From: a virus
IMG/VR virus record: IMGVR_UViG_3300035542_000019
DNA: 53,550 nt
Strand: one strand, 5' to 3'
Part shown: positions 1 to 9,322 of the stretch, piece after piece
How positions within the stretch are numbered: position 1 is the first letter of the stretch
Layout of the letters: every line of letters starts with the position of its first letter
Position numbers and translations under genes: made by a program
The notes under the pieces: model-generated
The model's input: only the letters and a program-made list of their open reading frames with translations
Databases searched by the model: none
What the model was told of the DNA's origin: nothing

Positions 1-113
1 CTAGGCGAAAAAACGGCCGCGACGGTGGGTGTATCGGACGAAACGGTGGATAGTGGTACAACGGCTACCCCGGACGAGGAAAACGCGCCTACGGGCGAAT
101 CAGGCGCCAGTAA
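1..113. repeat. Terminal overlap identical to 53438-53550 (circular closure of a 53,437-bp unit)
   Basis: First 113 nt (ctaggcgaaaaaacggccgcgacggtgggtgtatcgg...ggcgccagtaa) recur base-for-base as the last 113 nt of the window. Confidence 0.95.
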
Positions 114-282
114 CGAAGCAGACGCGAAAGCGGCCAAAGCGCTGGACGATAAGTACAAGCGCGACGAACTGGCTACAGCTGCTAAGGACGCCGGCGTAGA
201 ATTCCCGTACGACGCGAAAAAAGCCGAAATCATCGAAGCAGTAATGACAGCTGGAAAAGCCGAAACACTGCTTAAAGCGTAA
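1..282 (+). CDS. 3-prime part of the wrap-around gene that starts at 53315 (134 aa when joined); hypothetical head-module protein
   Basis: Position 1 is in frame with the ATG at 53315 (53438 = position 1, 123 nt = 41 codons upstream). The frame stays open to the TAA at 280-282. The track ORF 25..282 is only its GTG-truncated tail. Confidence 0.7.
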   Translation, partial: LGEKTAATVGVSDETVDSGTTATPDEENAPTGESGASNEADAKAAKALDDKYKRDELATAAKDAGVEFPYDAKKAEIIEAVMTAGKAETLLKA

Positions 283-295
283 AGGGGGCTAACGT

Positions 296-670
296 ATGGC
301 CTTTTTAACCGAAGCAGACCTGGTAAACTTCTACCCGAAGGCCGTAAACGTCGAAGCAGGGGACAAGCGCACGTACCTACAGCGTGCTAATGCTTTTTGT
401 AAAGGCGTAATCGGGGGCGAACCGCCTACAGTGGACGACGACTTAAAGGCTGCTGTAGCGCTGGCCTTCGAAATCATGGCCCAGGGGGAAACCGCACAGA
501 TAGAAGAAATCACGGGGAACATTACGGAAGCAGCGCCGCCAGGCCAGTACGCCAGGAATTCCAGGGAAAAGGACCCGCTGGACGTAGTAAGAAACATGCT
601 ACGGCCGTACCGGTTAGCTTTCGAAGCTGCTAACGCGGCCAAGAGCGACCGGGGCGTGGCCTTCCTATGA
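296..670 (+). CDS. Head-tail connector/adaptor protein candidate
   Basis: 124-aa ORF with SD aaaggggg upstream and an ATGA overlap with the next gene. Assigned from size and position between the capsid block and the tail block. Confidence 0.4.
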   Translation: MAFLTEADLVNFYPKAVNVEAGDKRTYLQRANAFCKGVIGGEPPTVDDDLKAAVALAFEIMAQGETAQIEEITGNITEAAPPGQYARNSREKDPLDVVRNMLRPYRLAFEAANAAKSDRGVAFL

Positions 671-1167
671 GTAGACGGGAACACGTCTTTAACATAGAAA
701 ACCTGGATAAATGGCTGGAATGGCTGGAAAGCTTAGACAAGGAACACTTAGAGCGCTTCCAAAGTCGCGTATTAAGGACCGCGGGACTTCGGATACTTGA
801 ATACGCCGACGACTTGACGCCCAGGCGCAGCGGTAGACTACAGAACAGTATGACGATGGGCGACCGTGAAAACGTATTTAAACTAAAGGTAGGAAGGACG
901 GCATACGTAGCCGTGGGGTCCGCTGTAGAGTACGCCGAAGCACGGGAAAAGGGCTTCGAGCAAAGGCGGGGGCGCTTTATTCCTGGATACTGGCGTAGCG
1001 GCACTTTTCACTATGACCCCGAAGCTTACCCCGAGGGAATGGTACTTACGGGTAAGATTATCGAAGGGGCGCATATGTTTAAAAAGGCTATGGACTACCT
1101 GGAAGATGACCTGGACACTATTACAGAATTCGAGTTTAGGCGGTTATATGCCGAACTCTTTAATTAA
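667..1167 (+). CDS. HK97 gp10-like head-tail joining protein
   Basis: 166 aa. TPRRSGRLQNSM ... VGSAVEYAEAREKG resembles the HK97 gp10 family pattern. Lies in the connector region. Confidence 0.5.
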   Translation: MSRREHVFNIENLDKWLEWLESLDKEHLERFQSRVLRTAGLRILEYADDLTPRRSGRLQNSMTMGDRENVFKLKVGRTAYVAVGSAVEYAEAREKGFEQRRGRFIPGYWRSGTFHYDPEAYPEGMVLTGKIIEGAHMFKKAMDYLEDDLDTITEFEFRRLYAELFN

Positions 1168-1178
1168 GGGGGTGACGT

Positions 1179-1637
1179 ATGGACTACCTTAAGGAACTAG
1201 AAGCCATACAAACCTGGATAAAACAAACGACCGGCCTAAATTCGTACAGACTAAGAGAAGCCAAGCCCAAGCTGGCCCGCCCAGTAATACTATGGGAAAC
1301 GCCTAGCCGAAGCAGGGACCGAAACCTAAGCAGGTACCAATACGTGACGACGGTAAGGCAGTATGGGCGGTTATTCGTAACCAGCCTGGACAGCGCCTTA
1401 ACCGTACAGGAACAGCTTATTAAGGACCTGGAAGAAAAGGTAGGCGTCCTTCCGGTTATGGACGGGCAGACGCAGCTAGGCCTTTTAAAGGCTGTAACCA
1501 TCGAATTCGAGGACGGCGAAAACCTGGATATACCCTTTAGCATACGCTACGAAGCGACCTACGGCAGAACCCGCCCAGCGGAAGCGCCGAACGCGACGTA
1601 CGTAGGCAATAGGATTATCAACCACTACGACGAATAG
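1179..1637 (+). CDS. Neck/tail-terminator candidate (XkdJ position)
   Basis: 152-aa ORF with SD aagggggt, placed just upstream of the sheath block. No motif recognised. Confidence 0.35.
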   Translation: MDYLKELEAIQTWIKQTTGLNSYRLREAKPKLARPVILWETPSRSRDRNLSRYQYVTTVRQYGRLFVTSLDSALTVQEQLIKDLEEKVGVLPVMDGQTQLGLLKAVTIEFEDGENLDIPFSIRYEATYGRTRPAEAPNATYVGNRIINHYDE

Positions 1638-1647
1638 GGGGTAACAT

Positions 1648-1836
1648 ATGGCGACGAAGAAGAAGCCAGCAAAAGAAGCGCCCGTATTCGACAAGGCCGC
1701 GCTGATTAGCGCAGCTAAAGAATTCGGTACGACCCCCGAATTTATGGCGGGCGCACTGACAGGAACGAAAGAACCAATCACACGGGAACAGGCCAAGGAT
1801 AAGCTGGACGAATTCATGGCCCGACCTATCAAATAA
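1648..1836 (+). CDS. Small hypothetical protein
   Basis: 62-aa ORF with SD taggggg 6 nt upstream, Lys/Ala-rich. Confidence 0.5.
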   Translation: MATKKKPAKEAPVFDKAALISAAKEFGTTPEFMAGALTGTKEPITREQAKDKLDEFMARPIK

Positions 1837-1854
1837 CGAAGGGGGTAATACCAT

Positions 1855-3258
1855 ATGGCAGGAACATATATCGAAGGTAGCAGCAAGACACTAAGCGGCG
1901 TTTATACGCTGATTAAGTCGGCTGTAGAGCGCGTAAGTATGGGCGACCGTGGTATCGTGGCCTACCCGTTTACGTCCGACTGGGGACCTGTAAACGAACT
2001 GGTAACGGTGCTTATGGGTAGCGAATTCGACGAGAAGTACAATGGAAGCGCTACGGACCTTACAGCGTCTAAGATTTACGCCCACGCCTTCAAGGGAAAA
2101 CCGCAGCGCGTACTATGCTACCGCATGGCTACGGGCGCAGCAGCTAAAGGAACCGTCGTACTTAGCGACGACGGCGCAGCAGAAAGCCTTACCCTGGAAA
2201 CCCTGTACCCTTCCGACAGAGCCTTTACGGCTGTAGTATCGGACGGCGTGGCAGTAGGTACTAAGGTTATCGACATTGTAGAGGGTGGCGTAAAGCTGGC
2301 GTCCGTAACCGGCAGCACGGTAGCGGAACTGGAAGAAAAGCTTAACCTTACAGACTACGTAAGGGTGACTTCCAAGGGGTCGAACCTTCCAGCAGATAAC
2401 GCAGGGGCAGCCTTCACGGGCGGCGCTAACGGCGATACGGTAACGTCTACCGAGTATGGGGCCTTTATGGACGAACTGGAAGCAGACGGTACGCCTTCGT
2501 CCTTCTCACTGGACGGGGTAAGCGACGACGCTATCTTAACCACGGTACGCGCTTTTGTGAAGCGTGTAAGAACCGAAGGCTTTTACGTGACCTTCGTACA
2601 GGGCGGCCCTTTATCCTGGGATACCGACCTTACGAGCGCTAACACAGCTTCGACGACAGCGAACCACAGGGGCATTATCAACGTGGGTAATGGCTGCGAC
2701 GGGCATACGGCCGCAGATATGGCGATTTTCGTAGCCGCTAGAGTGGCGAGCGTGGCCCTTAACAGGACGCTTACCGACGAAGTGGTAGACTACGCCAAGG
2801 TGAACAAGAAGCTTAAGCCTGGCGAGCGTGTAACGGCTAAGGAAGCCGGTACCCTGGTATTCGTAATGGACGGGGAAGCCGTCTTTATCGACGAAGCGGT
2901 AAACACGCTTACGACACCTGGGGCCGACGAGGTTATCGAGTTTAGAAAAATTCGAGTAAATAACGCCCTGGACTACATTGCCCGCGACCTTGAAAAATTC
3001 GGGGACGAGTACAAGAAAACCCGAAGTAATACGCAGGAAGCTAGGGAAACCTACGCGGCCACAGTAGAAAACAGCTACCTAAGACCGCTGGAAGCTATGG
3101 AAGTTATCCAGCCAGGGTACTTCTACCGACCGGACCCCGAGTACCACGGAAAAGACGCGGTATTTAGTCCGAAAATCGACGAAGCCTTTTTCTACAGCGA
3201 TATTACGCCGGTAGACAGTATGGAAAGAATCTATCAGAAAATCAACGTTCGATTTTAG
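1855..3258 (+). CDS. Contractile tail sheath protein (PBSX XkdK-like)
   Basis: 467 aa with SD gaaggggg, immediately upstream of the tube and chaperone genes. Length and order match the XkdK-XkdM-XkdN arrangement. Confidence 0.8.
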   Translation: MAGTYIEGSSKTLSGVYTLIKSAVERVSMGDRGIVAYPFTSDWGPVNELVTVLMGSEFDEKYNGSATDLTASKIYAHAFKGKPQRVLCYRMATGAAAKGTVVLSDDGAAESLTLETLYPSDRAFTAVVSDGVAVGTKVIDIVEGGVKLASVTGSTVAELEEKLNLTDYVRVTSKGSNLPADNAGAAFTGGANGDTVTSTEYGAFMDELEADGTPSSFSLDGVSDDAILTTVRAFVKRVRTEGFYVTFVQGGPLSWDTDLTSANTASTTANHRGIINVGNGCDGHTAADMAIFVAARVASVALNRTLTDEVVDYAKVNKKLKPGERVTAKEAGTLVFVMDGEAVFIDEAVNTLTTPGADEVIEFRKIRVNNALDYIARDLEKFGDEYKKTRSNTQEARETYAATVENSYLRPLEAMEVIQPGYFYRPDPEYHGKDAVFSPKIDEAFFYSDITPVDSMERIYQKINVRF

Positions 3259-3274
3259 GAAGGGGGTAAACTAA

Positions 3275-3694
3275 ATGGCTTTTGAAGCTAACGAAGTAAT
3301 TAACGGGCTTTACGGTAAAGTCTACGACGAAAACGGTAAGCAGATGGACAGTACCCAGGAATTCGAAGCTAACGTAGAATTCGAAAAAGAAGCTATCAAG
3401 GTGCCGGGTAAATTCCTGGATAGCCATAGGGTCATGGGTGGCAGCGGCAGCGGTAGTACCAGGTTCTTAAAGCTGGACAGCCGCCTACAGAAAAAAATCG
3501 CGGAGAACCCGACGGAGAAATACAACTACATCGGGAAGCTAGCGGACCCGACGGCCAAAGGCGAGGAAGCGGTACTATTTATCGGCGTGTCCTTCGATGG
3601 GGCGCCCCTTATGGGCTTTTCCCTGGGCGAACTTGCGGAAGTAGAACTAGATTTTACTTTCGACGACTACCGCTACGTGGACGCTATCGAATAG
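3275..3694 (+). CDS. Tail tube protein (XkdM-like)
   Basis: 139 aa, directly after the sheath gene and followed by an intrinsic terminator. Size and position are typical of a myovirus tube protein. Confidence 0.7.
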   Translation: MAFEANEVINGLYGKVYDENGKQMDSTQEFEANVEFEKEAIKVPGKFLDSHRVMGGSGSGSTRFLKLDSRLQKKIAENPTEKYNYIGKLADPTAKGEEAVLFIGVSFDGAPLMGFSLGELAEVELDFTFDDYRYVDAIE

Positions 3695-3702
3695 GTAGCA
3701 CA

Positions 3703-3733
3703 GGGGCGGGCTAAGGCCTGCCCCATTTTCTTT
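3703..3733 (+). terminator. Rho-independent terminator/attenuator after the tube gene
   Basis: GGGGCGGGC (3703-3711) pairs with GCCTGCCCC (3716-3724) with one G-U, followed by attttcttt. Confidence 0.6.
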
Positions 3734-3759
3734 ATATCAACGAAAGGAAGGTAAACCCT

Positions 3760-4230
3760 ATGGAGAAGAAAAAAGAAGCAGTAGAAGAACAGGTAACGAA
3801 ATTCGTAACGCTGGAAGATATCCTGGGAAAAGACCAGGCGGAACTTACAGCCCTGGCGCAGGGGGAATACGAAACCAGCAAGCTGGGTACCGTACCCTTT
3901 ACGGCACTTAGCCACGAGGAATACAAGCAAGCGAAAAAGGACTGTATGAAGATGGTACCCAACGGTACCGGCGGAATGGTCCCGGACCTTGACGACGACG
4001 CCCTTATGATTAAGGTAATCGTAGCGGCTGTAGATAAAGACGAGCGAAGCAGCTTTACTTTTGCGAATAAGGCCCTTAGGGAAAAGCTGGGGGTACTGAC
4101 AGCGGACGCCGTAGCAGCTAAGCTTTTGGCACCTGGCGAAATCTTTAAAATGGCTATCGAGATTCAAAATATTAGTGGCTTCGGTGAAAAGGCAGCCAAA
4201 GAGGTTAAAGACGCGGTAAAAAACTCTTAA
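3760..4230 (+). CDS. Tail assembly chaperone, zero-frame product (XkdN-like)
   Basis: 156 aa between the tube and tape-measure genes. Ends ...gta aaa aac tct taa with a slippery heptamer. Confidence 0.7.
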   Translation: MEKKKEAVEEQVTKFVTLEDILGKDQAELTALAQGEYETSKLGTVPFTALSHEEYKQAKKDCMKMVPNGTGGMVPDLDDDALMIKVIVAAVDKDERSSFTFANKALREKLGVLTADAVAAKLLAPGEIFKMAIEIQNISGFGEKAAKEVKDAVKNS

Positions 4231-4400
4231 AGCGGGACGGGGAAACTAAACTACTGGCGTACATATGGAACGAATACCATAAGCTACCCAGTGAAATTTA
4301 TAACCTGCCCGCCGGTGAGCGTGAACTAATATACCAGGCCACCTTACTAAAGATTAAAGAGGAACAACGAGCGGCAAAACGCGGAAAGGGGGGTAAGTAA
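3760..4400 (+). CDS. Tail assembly chaperone, -1 frameshift fusion product
   Basis: The -1 frame from 4224 (LLKRDGETKLLAYIWNEYHKLPSEIYNLPAGERELIYQATLLKIKEEQRAAKRGKGGK) has no stops through the otherwise empty 170-nt gap. It ends at TAA 4398-4400, which overlaps the tape-measure ATG. Confidence 0.55.
4218..4224 (+). other. Slippery heptamer A_AAA_AAC for -1 programmed ribosomal frameshifting
   Basis: X_XXY_YYZ motif in the zero frame, two codons before the chaperone stop. The -1 frame is open for 58 codons from here. Confidence 0.6.
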
Positions 4401-6565
4401 TGGCTAACGAATTCGTAATGGGCGCTAGGCTTAACCTGGGGGTAAACCAATACGTAAACCAGGTAAGAAGCGCTAGTAGAATGACCCGAGAATTTAGAGG
4501 GGACACGGACCAGGCGGACCGCAGCGCCAGGCAGTGGCGAGATAGCCAGGGGCGACTTAACACGACCCTAGGCGGCTACAGACGTGCGGCGGACCTTGCA
4601 GGACGAGAAACCCGGGAATTCAGTAACGAAGCCAGGGGACTTAAGGGCAGTTTAGGCGGACTTCGCAGCCTGGTAGGTGCGGTATTTACCGGGGTGGCTG
4701 TAAGTAAAGGCTTCGACTGGCTGGTAGGCGCTAACGCTGAAATGGAAACCTACGAAAATACCCTTACCGTCGTTATGAAAAGCCACGAAAAGGCCATGGA
4801 AACGCTGGCATGGGCTGAAAAGTTTAGCGCCAGTACGCCTTTTGAGATACCGCAGGTAGTAGAAGCGACGACGCGCTTAACGTCGTACGGCCTGGAAGCG
4901 CAGAAGGTACTAGGCATTACCGGGGATATGGCCGCCGTCATGGGTAAAGACCTTATGCAGGCTGTAGAAGCGGTAGCCGACGCGCAGACCGGGGAAGTCG
5001 AAAGGCTTAAGGAATTCGGTATCACTAAGGACATGATTAAGGAAGCCGCGGACAGCCTGGGGCTTGACGTAATCAATAACAAGGGACAGATAACCGATAT
5101 GAAGGCCTTTAACGTCGCCCTGTTCTCACTTATGGAAGAACGCTTCCAGGGCGGTATGGAAATGCAGGCCAAGACCTGGAAGGGCATGGTATCAAACGCC
5201 AAGGACTTTATGGGACGATTAGGTAGACAGCTGGGGGCGCCGTTATTCGAAGCGGCTAAGTCGCGCCTGGCGGACTTCCTGGCCTTCATTAACCAGCTAG
5301 AGGAAAACGGCACTATCGAAGAATGGATAAGCCGGGTACACAGTGCCGTAACCACGGCGGGTACCTATATAAGCAATACGGTAAACTACGTAAAGGATAA
5401 CTGGGGGACCATCGAGCCAGCGGTAGCCGGCGTTACAGCTGCCTTTATCGCCTTTAGAGCGGCGTCACGGGTAGCGGCAGCCGGGGCTAAGGCCATGGCG
5501 CTTAAAACGGCAATCATGGCGACGGTAGCGGAAGCCGGTAGCATTAAGGTAGCGCTGCTTAATGCTGTAATGGCTGTAAACCCGGTCGTACTGGTCGTAG
5601 CTGCCATAGCTGCCCTGGTAGGTATCCTGGTATTCGCTGCCATGAAGTCCGACAAGTTTAGGGCTATCCTGGTGGGCGTATGGAATAGTATTGTAAGCTT
5701 CGTTACGCCGGCCGTTAACACGGTAAAGGCTGCCATTATGACCGCCTTTAGCGCTGTAATGACGTGGGTAGAAACCTACTGGCCGAAGATACAGGCCATC
5801 GTAAGCTTCGTATGGTCCTTCCTGGGTCCGTATATTCAGACCTGGCTAGAATTCATAAAGACGGCCATACAGAACGGCTTCGATATCGTGCTTACCATCG
5901 TAAAGGGCGCCTGGGATATGGTTACAGCCGTTATTAAGACGGCCTGGACAGTCATAAGCAATATTATAGGCTTTTGGCTTAACCTCTTTACCGGGGACTT
6001 CGAAGCGGCAGGGCAGAACGTGTTAAATATCTTTAGCGGCCTGGGCGAGGGTATAAAGGACTTCTTTAGCGCCTTCGGCAGTACGATATGGGATAGCGGC
6101 GTAAAAATCATGGAAACCCTGGCCGAGGGTATCAAGTCGGCAGTTATGGCACCTGTAAACGCGATTAAGGGCGGCTTTAAAAAGGTACGCGACCTGCTGC
6201 CGTTTTCAGACGCGAAGAAGGGGCCATTTTCAGACCTAACCTTTAACGGGGGCCGCATTATGACGACGCTAGCCGAGGGCGTGAAAAGCCAGGCTGGAAG
6301 CTTGCAGCGTGCGGTAACAAGTGCCTTCGGAGATACCGGCGTATCAGTAGACGCGGCCAGCGTAAACCCTGCTGGAAGCACGAAGGCAGCCGGCGGCAAC
6401 GTGACGACGATAGCGAAGCTATTCGACAAGCTGGAAATTCACGGCGCCGAAGGTATGGACGAAGAAACCCTGGCCGATAAGGTTATCGCGAAATTCTACG
6501 AGAAGCTGACCGAAGCCGACGACGTGCTAGGCAGCGAAGGGAAGGGGGTATTACTAAATGCTTAA
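4400..6565 (+). CDS. Tail tape measure protein
   Basis: 721 aa, directly after the chaperone pair. Has a long Ala/Val-rich hydrophobic core (AVAGVTAAFIAFRAASRVAAAGAKAMALKTAIMATVAEAG...), the usual tape-measure architecture. Confidence 0.85.
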   Translation: MANEFVMGARLNLGVNQYVNQVRSASRMTREFRGDTDQADRSARQWRDSQGRLNTTLGGYRRAADLAGRETREFSNEARGLKGSLGGLRSLVGAVFTGVAVSKGFDWLVGANAEMETYENTLTVVMKSHEKAMETLAWAEKFSASTPFEIPQVVEATTRLTSYGLEAQKVLGITGDMAAVMGKDLMQAVEAVADAQTGEVERLKEFGITKDMIKEAADSLGLDVINNKGQITDMKAFNVALFSLMEERFQGGMEMQAKTWKGMVSNAKDFMGRLGRQLGAPLFEAAKSRLADFLAFINQLEENGTIEEWISRVHSAVTTAGTYISNTVNYVKDNWGTIEPAVAGVTAAFIAFRAASRVAAAGAKAMALKTAIMATVAEAGSIKVALLNAVMAVNPVVLVVAAIAALVGILVFAAMKSDKFRAILVGVWNSIVSFVTPAVNTVKAAIMTAFSAVMTWVETYWPKIQAIVSFVWSFLGPYIQTWLEFIKTAIQNGFDIVLTIVKGAWDMVTAVIKTAWTVISNIIGFWLNLFTGDFEAAGQNVLNIFSGLGEGIKDFFSAFGSTIWDSGVKIMETLAEGIKSAVMAPVNAIKGGFKKVRDLLPFSDAKKGPFSDLTFNGGRIMTTLAEGVKSQAGSLQRAVTSAFGDTGVSVDAASVNPAGSTKAAGGNVTTIAKLFDKLEIHGAEGMDEETLADKVIAKFYEKLTEADDVLGSEGKGVLLNA

Positions 6566-7238
6566 GGGTATAAAAGTGGACCTAACGCTTAGGGACAATA
6601 GCACGGGCGCTTACCTTCGCATACCGGTAGTACCCGCTACCATTCCCTACATGGAAGGTGAAAGACTAAGCGACGCTAAAAAGATACTGAACCTGGGCGA
6701 CGTAGATTTTCTTAACGGCGTGGCCCTGGACGCCATGGAATGGCAAAGCTTTTTTCCTGCCAGGTACGACCCGGGATACTGCGCCTACAGCAATCTTTTG
6801 CAGCCTACGGCGTATAAGGACCGGTTTAGAGCCTGGAAGGACGCGGGTACGAGCCTGCAAGTCATATGCCCCGCAGCGGGTATTAACGTGGAAATGTACC
6901 TAAAAAGCTTTAACTGGGAACTTAAGGGCTTCGAAGGGGATATACACTACTACGCAGCCTTTAGGCAAAACAAGAATATACGACCGAAGCAGATAGCGGT
7001 ACAAGTGGACCAGGTGACCCTATCTATATCGGCGGCCGATAAGAAAACCCCCGAAAGCCGGCCACCGATTCCCGAGAAACCGACGCCAAAGACCTACACG
7101 GTCAAAAGCGGCGACAGCCTTAGCCTTATCGCGAAGCGCTTAGGCGTATCGTCATGGCGGTCGCTGTATGACGCGAATAAGTCGGTTATCGGGGCAGACC
7201 CTAATAAAATCTACCCGGGGCAGGTACTTAGCGTATGA
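6558..7238 (+). CDS. LysM-domain tail protein (XkdP-like)
   Basis: C-terminal YTVKSGDSLSLIAKRLGVSSWRSLYDANKSVIGADPNKIYPGQVL is a LysM motif. Follows the tape measure as in PBSX. Confidence 0.7.
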   Translation: MLKGIKVDLTLRDNSTGAYLRIPVVPATIPYMEGERLSDAKKILNLGDVDFLNGVALDAMEWQSFFPARYDPGYCAYSNLLQPTAYKDRFRAWKDAGTSLQVICPAAGINVEMYLKSFNWELKGFEGDIHYYAAFRQNKNIRPKQIAVQVDQVTLSISAADKKTPESRPPIPEKPTPKTYTVKSGDSLSLIAKRLGVSSWRSLYDANKSVIGADPNKIYPGQVLSV

Positions 7239-8335
7239 CCCTGGACGTTAGAATCAATAACCAAAGCCTTAGGGGTATCTTGAACGGGCCGCCGGTAATC
7301 AAGGACCAGCTTAACGCAGTATGCAGAACGCTGGAAGTACCGGTACAAAACGCCGACGGCCTGGAAAACTACCTGGGGCAGCCTATCGAACTATGGTACG
7401 GGGGTAGCCGGTGGTTCATGGGCTTTTTAATGCGGCGGTCGAAGGCTTCGGACGGAAGCTTTAAGTACACGGCCTACGACCCGCTGTACTTTATGAAAAA
7501 GAATAAGGACGACTGGTACTTTAAGAACATGACAGCGAAGCAGATTTTTACAGACCTGGCGAAGAAGTCGGGCGTAAGGGTCGCTTCCCTTGCAAGCACG
7601 GGCGCCGTATTCCCAGCCCTTTACTACCAGGGCGCGGAAGCGGATAAAGTGGCTGTAGATACCCTGGCGAGGACTTACAAGGCTGGTGGGAAGCGCTACT
7701 GGTTCAGATATACGCCCGACGACGGGGCAGACGGGCTTACCCTATTCGAAAAGAAGGTACCGGCGAATATATGGGCCTTCCAGGTGGGGGTAAACCTAGA
7801 GAGCGCCAGCCTGGACGAATCGGTAGAGGAAACGGCTACGGTCGTAAAACTGGTTAACCGGGAAACCGGTAAGACGGTGACACGGACAGACGCCGAAGCC
7901 CTTAAGAAATACGGCCAGCTGGTCCACTTCGAAGAAGTGAACAAGGAAGAAGCCGAAACGATGGAAAAAAAGGCCCAGGAACTGCTTAAGCAGCTGGCGA
8001 AGGTTAAAACGACGATGGCGGTAGCCGGCGTTAACCCGGATAGAAGCATACCGCAGCTATATAGCGGCGACGCTATTTACGTGGAAGAAGCGAATACCGG
8101 CCTACTGGGTGGCTACTATATACAAAACGTTACGCAGACCTTCGAAAGCGATAACCTGGTAAGCCTGGCCTTCGACATACAAGCAGCACCGGACGTACCG
8201 ACGGTCCAGTACGAAAATGCGACGACGAACCCGGACGACGATAAGAAGAAAAAAGACGACGGTAAAGGCGTGCAGCAAGAATACAGCGACGAAGTAAAGG
8301 CGCTTATGGACAAGTACGGTATAGCCGAATCATAG
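7235..8335 (+). CDS. Baseplate hub/late-control-D-like protein (XkdQ position)
   Basis: 366 aa with ATGA overlap. Assigned from its position in a PBSX-syntenic baseplate block. Confidence 0.5.
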   Translation: MTLDVRINNQSLRGILNGPPVIKDQLNAVCRTLEVPVQNADGLENYLGQPIELWYGGSRWFMGFLMRRSKASDGSFKYTAYDPLYFMKKNKDDWYFKNMTAKQIFTDLAKKSGVRVASLASTGAVFPALYYQGAEADKVAVDTLARTYKAGGKRYWFRYTPDDGADGLTLFEKKVPANIWAFQVGVNLESASLDESVEETATVVKLVNRETGKTVTRTDAEALKKYGQLVHFEEVNKEEAETMEKKAQELLKQLAKVKTTMAVAGVNPDRSIPQLYSGDAIYVEEANTGLLGGYYIQNVTQTFESDNLVSLAFDIQAAPDVPTVQYENATTNPDDDKKKKDDGKGVQQEYSDEVKALMDKYGIAES

Positions 8336-8349
8336 AAAGGGGGTAGCGC

Positions 8350-8892
8350 ATGAAAGGAAAGACCGATAAGACGGTAGACCTTCTAAAACTGATACGAGGA
8401 CCAGGCGGGCAGCAGGGCTTTAAAATCGTTAAGGTAGACACGACGGACCCGGACCCTATAACCCTGGTATTCGAGGGTACGCCGCTGCCCCTGGACCTGG
8501 AAATATTCGAGATTCCCGTAGACTGCTACCCGCTTAGAAAGGGCGATAGGCTGCTGGCCTATCCCCTGGTAGGTACAGAAAACGGGCAGCGCTGGGCGGC
8601 CTTTAGTAAGCTATCGGGCGGCGTAACACTGGCGACCATGACAGGGGCCACCAGCTGCCAGGTAGAGGGTATAGGGCGCGAGTACACGGCCCAGGACCTA
8701 ATCGTACCGCCCTACTTCCTGGTAGGCGACGCTGCCACCAGGTACGCGGATAACGACGGCGGGGCCACGGTCTACAGCGATTATTACCTTACAGCTTCGG
8801 ACGCTAGGCCTTTACAGGCTGGGGATACGGTTAGCCTGGTCCCTACGCTGGAAGATGGAACGATAAAATATGTTATCTTAGAACGCTATTAA
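8350..8892 (+). CDS. Baseplate spike/plug candidate (XkdR position)
   Basis: 180 aa with SD gaaaggggg. Assigned by position only. Confidence 0.4.
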   Translation: MKGKTDKTVDLLKLIRGPGGQQGFKIVKVDTTDPDPITLVFEGTPLPLDLEIFEIPVDCYPLRKGDRLLAYPLVGTENGQRWAAFSKLSGGVTLATMTGATSCQVEGIGREYTAQDLIVPPYFLVGDAATRYADNDGGATVYSDYYLTASDARPLQAGDTVSLVPTLEDGTIKYVILERY

Positions 8893-8905
8893 AGGGGGTA
8901 CGTAA

Positions 8906-9322
8906 ATGGCTGATAAGAGAAAGAGCCCCTTATTCGACTGGGAAAACGGGGAATTTATGACCGCCCAGGGTCGGGTACTTACCGGTACCGAGGAACAGGC
9001 GGTACAGCAGATAATCATAAAGGCCCAGCAGACAGCGCGGGGCCTTTACTTGATTTATGCGGACACCGAAAACCCGGCACTTAATCACAAGTACGGCAGC
9101 GACGTACACGATATCCTAGTACGACGCGACCTTACCGAGGAAGTGCGGATAAGTGAACTTAAAAGGGCTATCCAGGAAGCTATCATATACGACCCCTGGA
9201 TAGACGAGGTATACGACATTACCATAGAGCGCCAGGGCAGCACCGAGGTACTGGCAAGCTTCAAGGTAAAGACGGTATACGACAAAGAAATAGAGGTAGA
9301 GGGGGTAACGTTAAATGGCTAG
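8906..9322 (+). CDS. Baseplate wedge protein, gp25/gpW-like (XkdS position)
   Basis: 138 aa with SD taaaggggg. Size and order relative to the baseplate-J gene. Confidence 0.5.
   Translation: MADKRKSPLFDWENGEFMTAQGRVLTGTEEQAVQQIIIKAQQTARGLYLIYADTENPALNHKYGSDVHDILVRRDLTEEVRISELKRAIQEAIIYDPWIDEVYDITIERQGSTEVLASFKVKTVYDKEIEVEGVTLNG

Noticed and set aside
2042-2236. Plus-strand ORF inside the sheath gene in another frame
   Set aside because: It lies fully inside a well-supported gene, has no SD and is Arg/Leu/Pro-rich.
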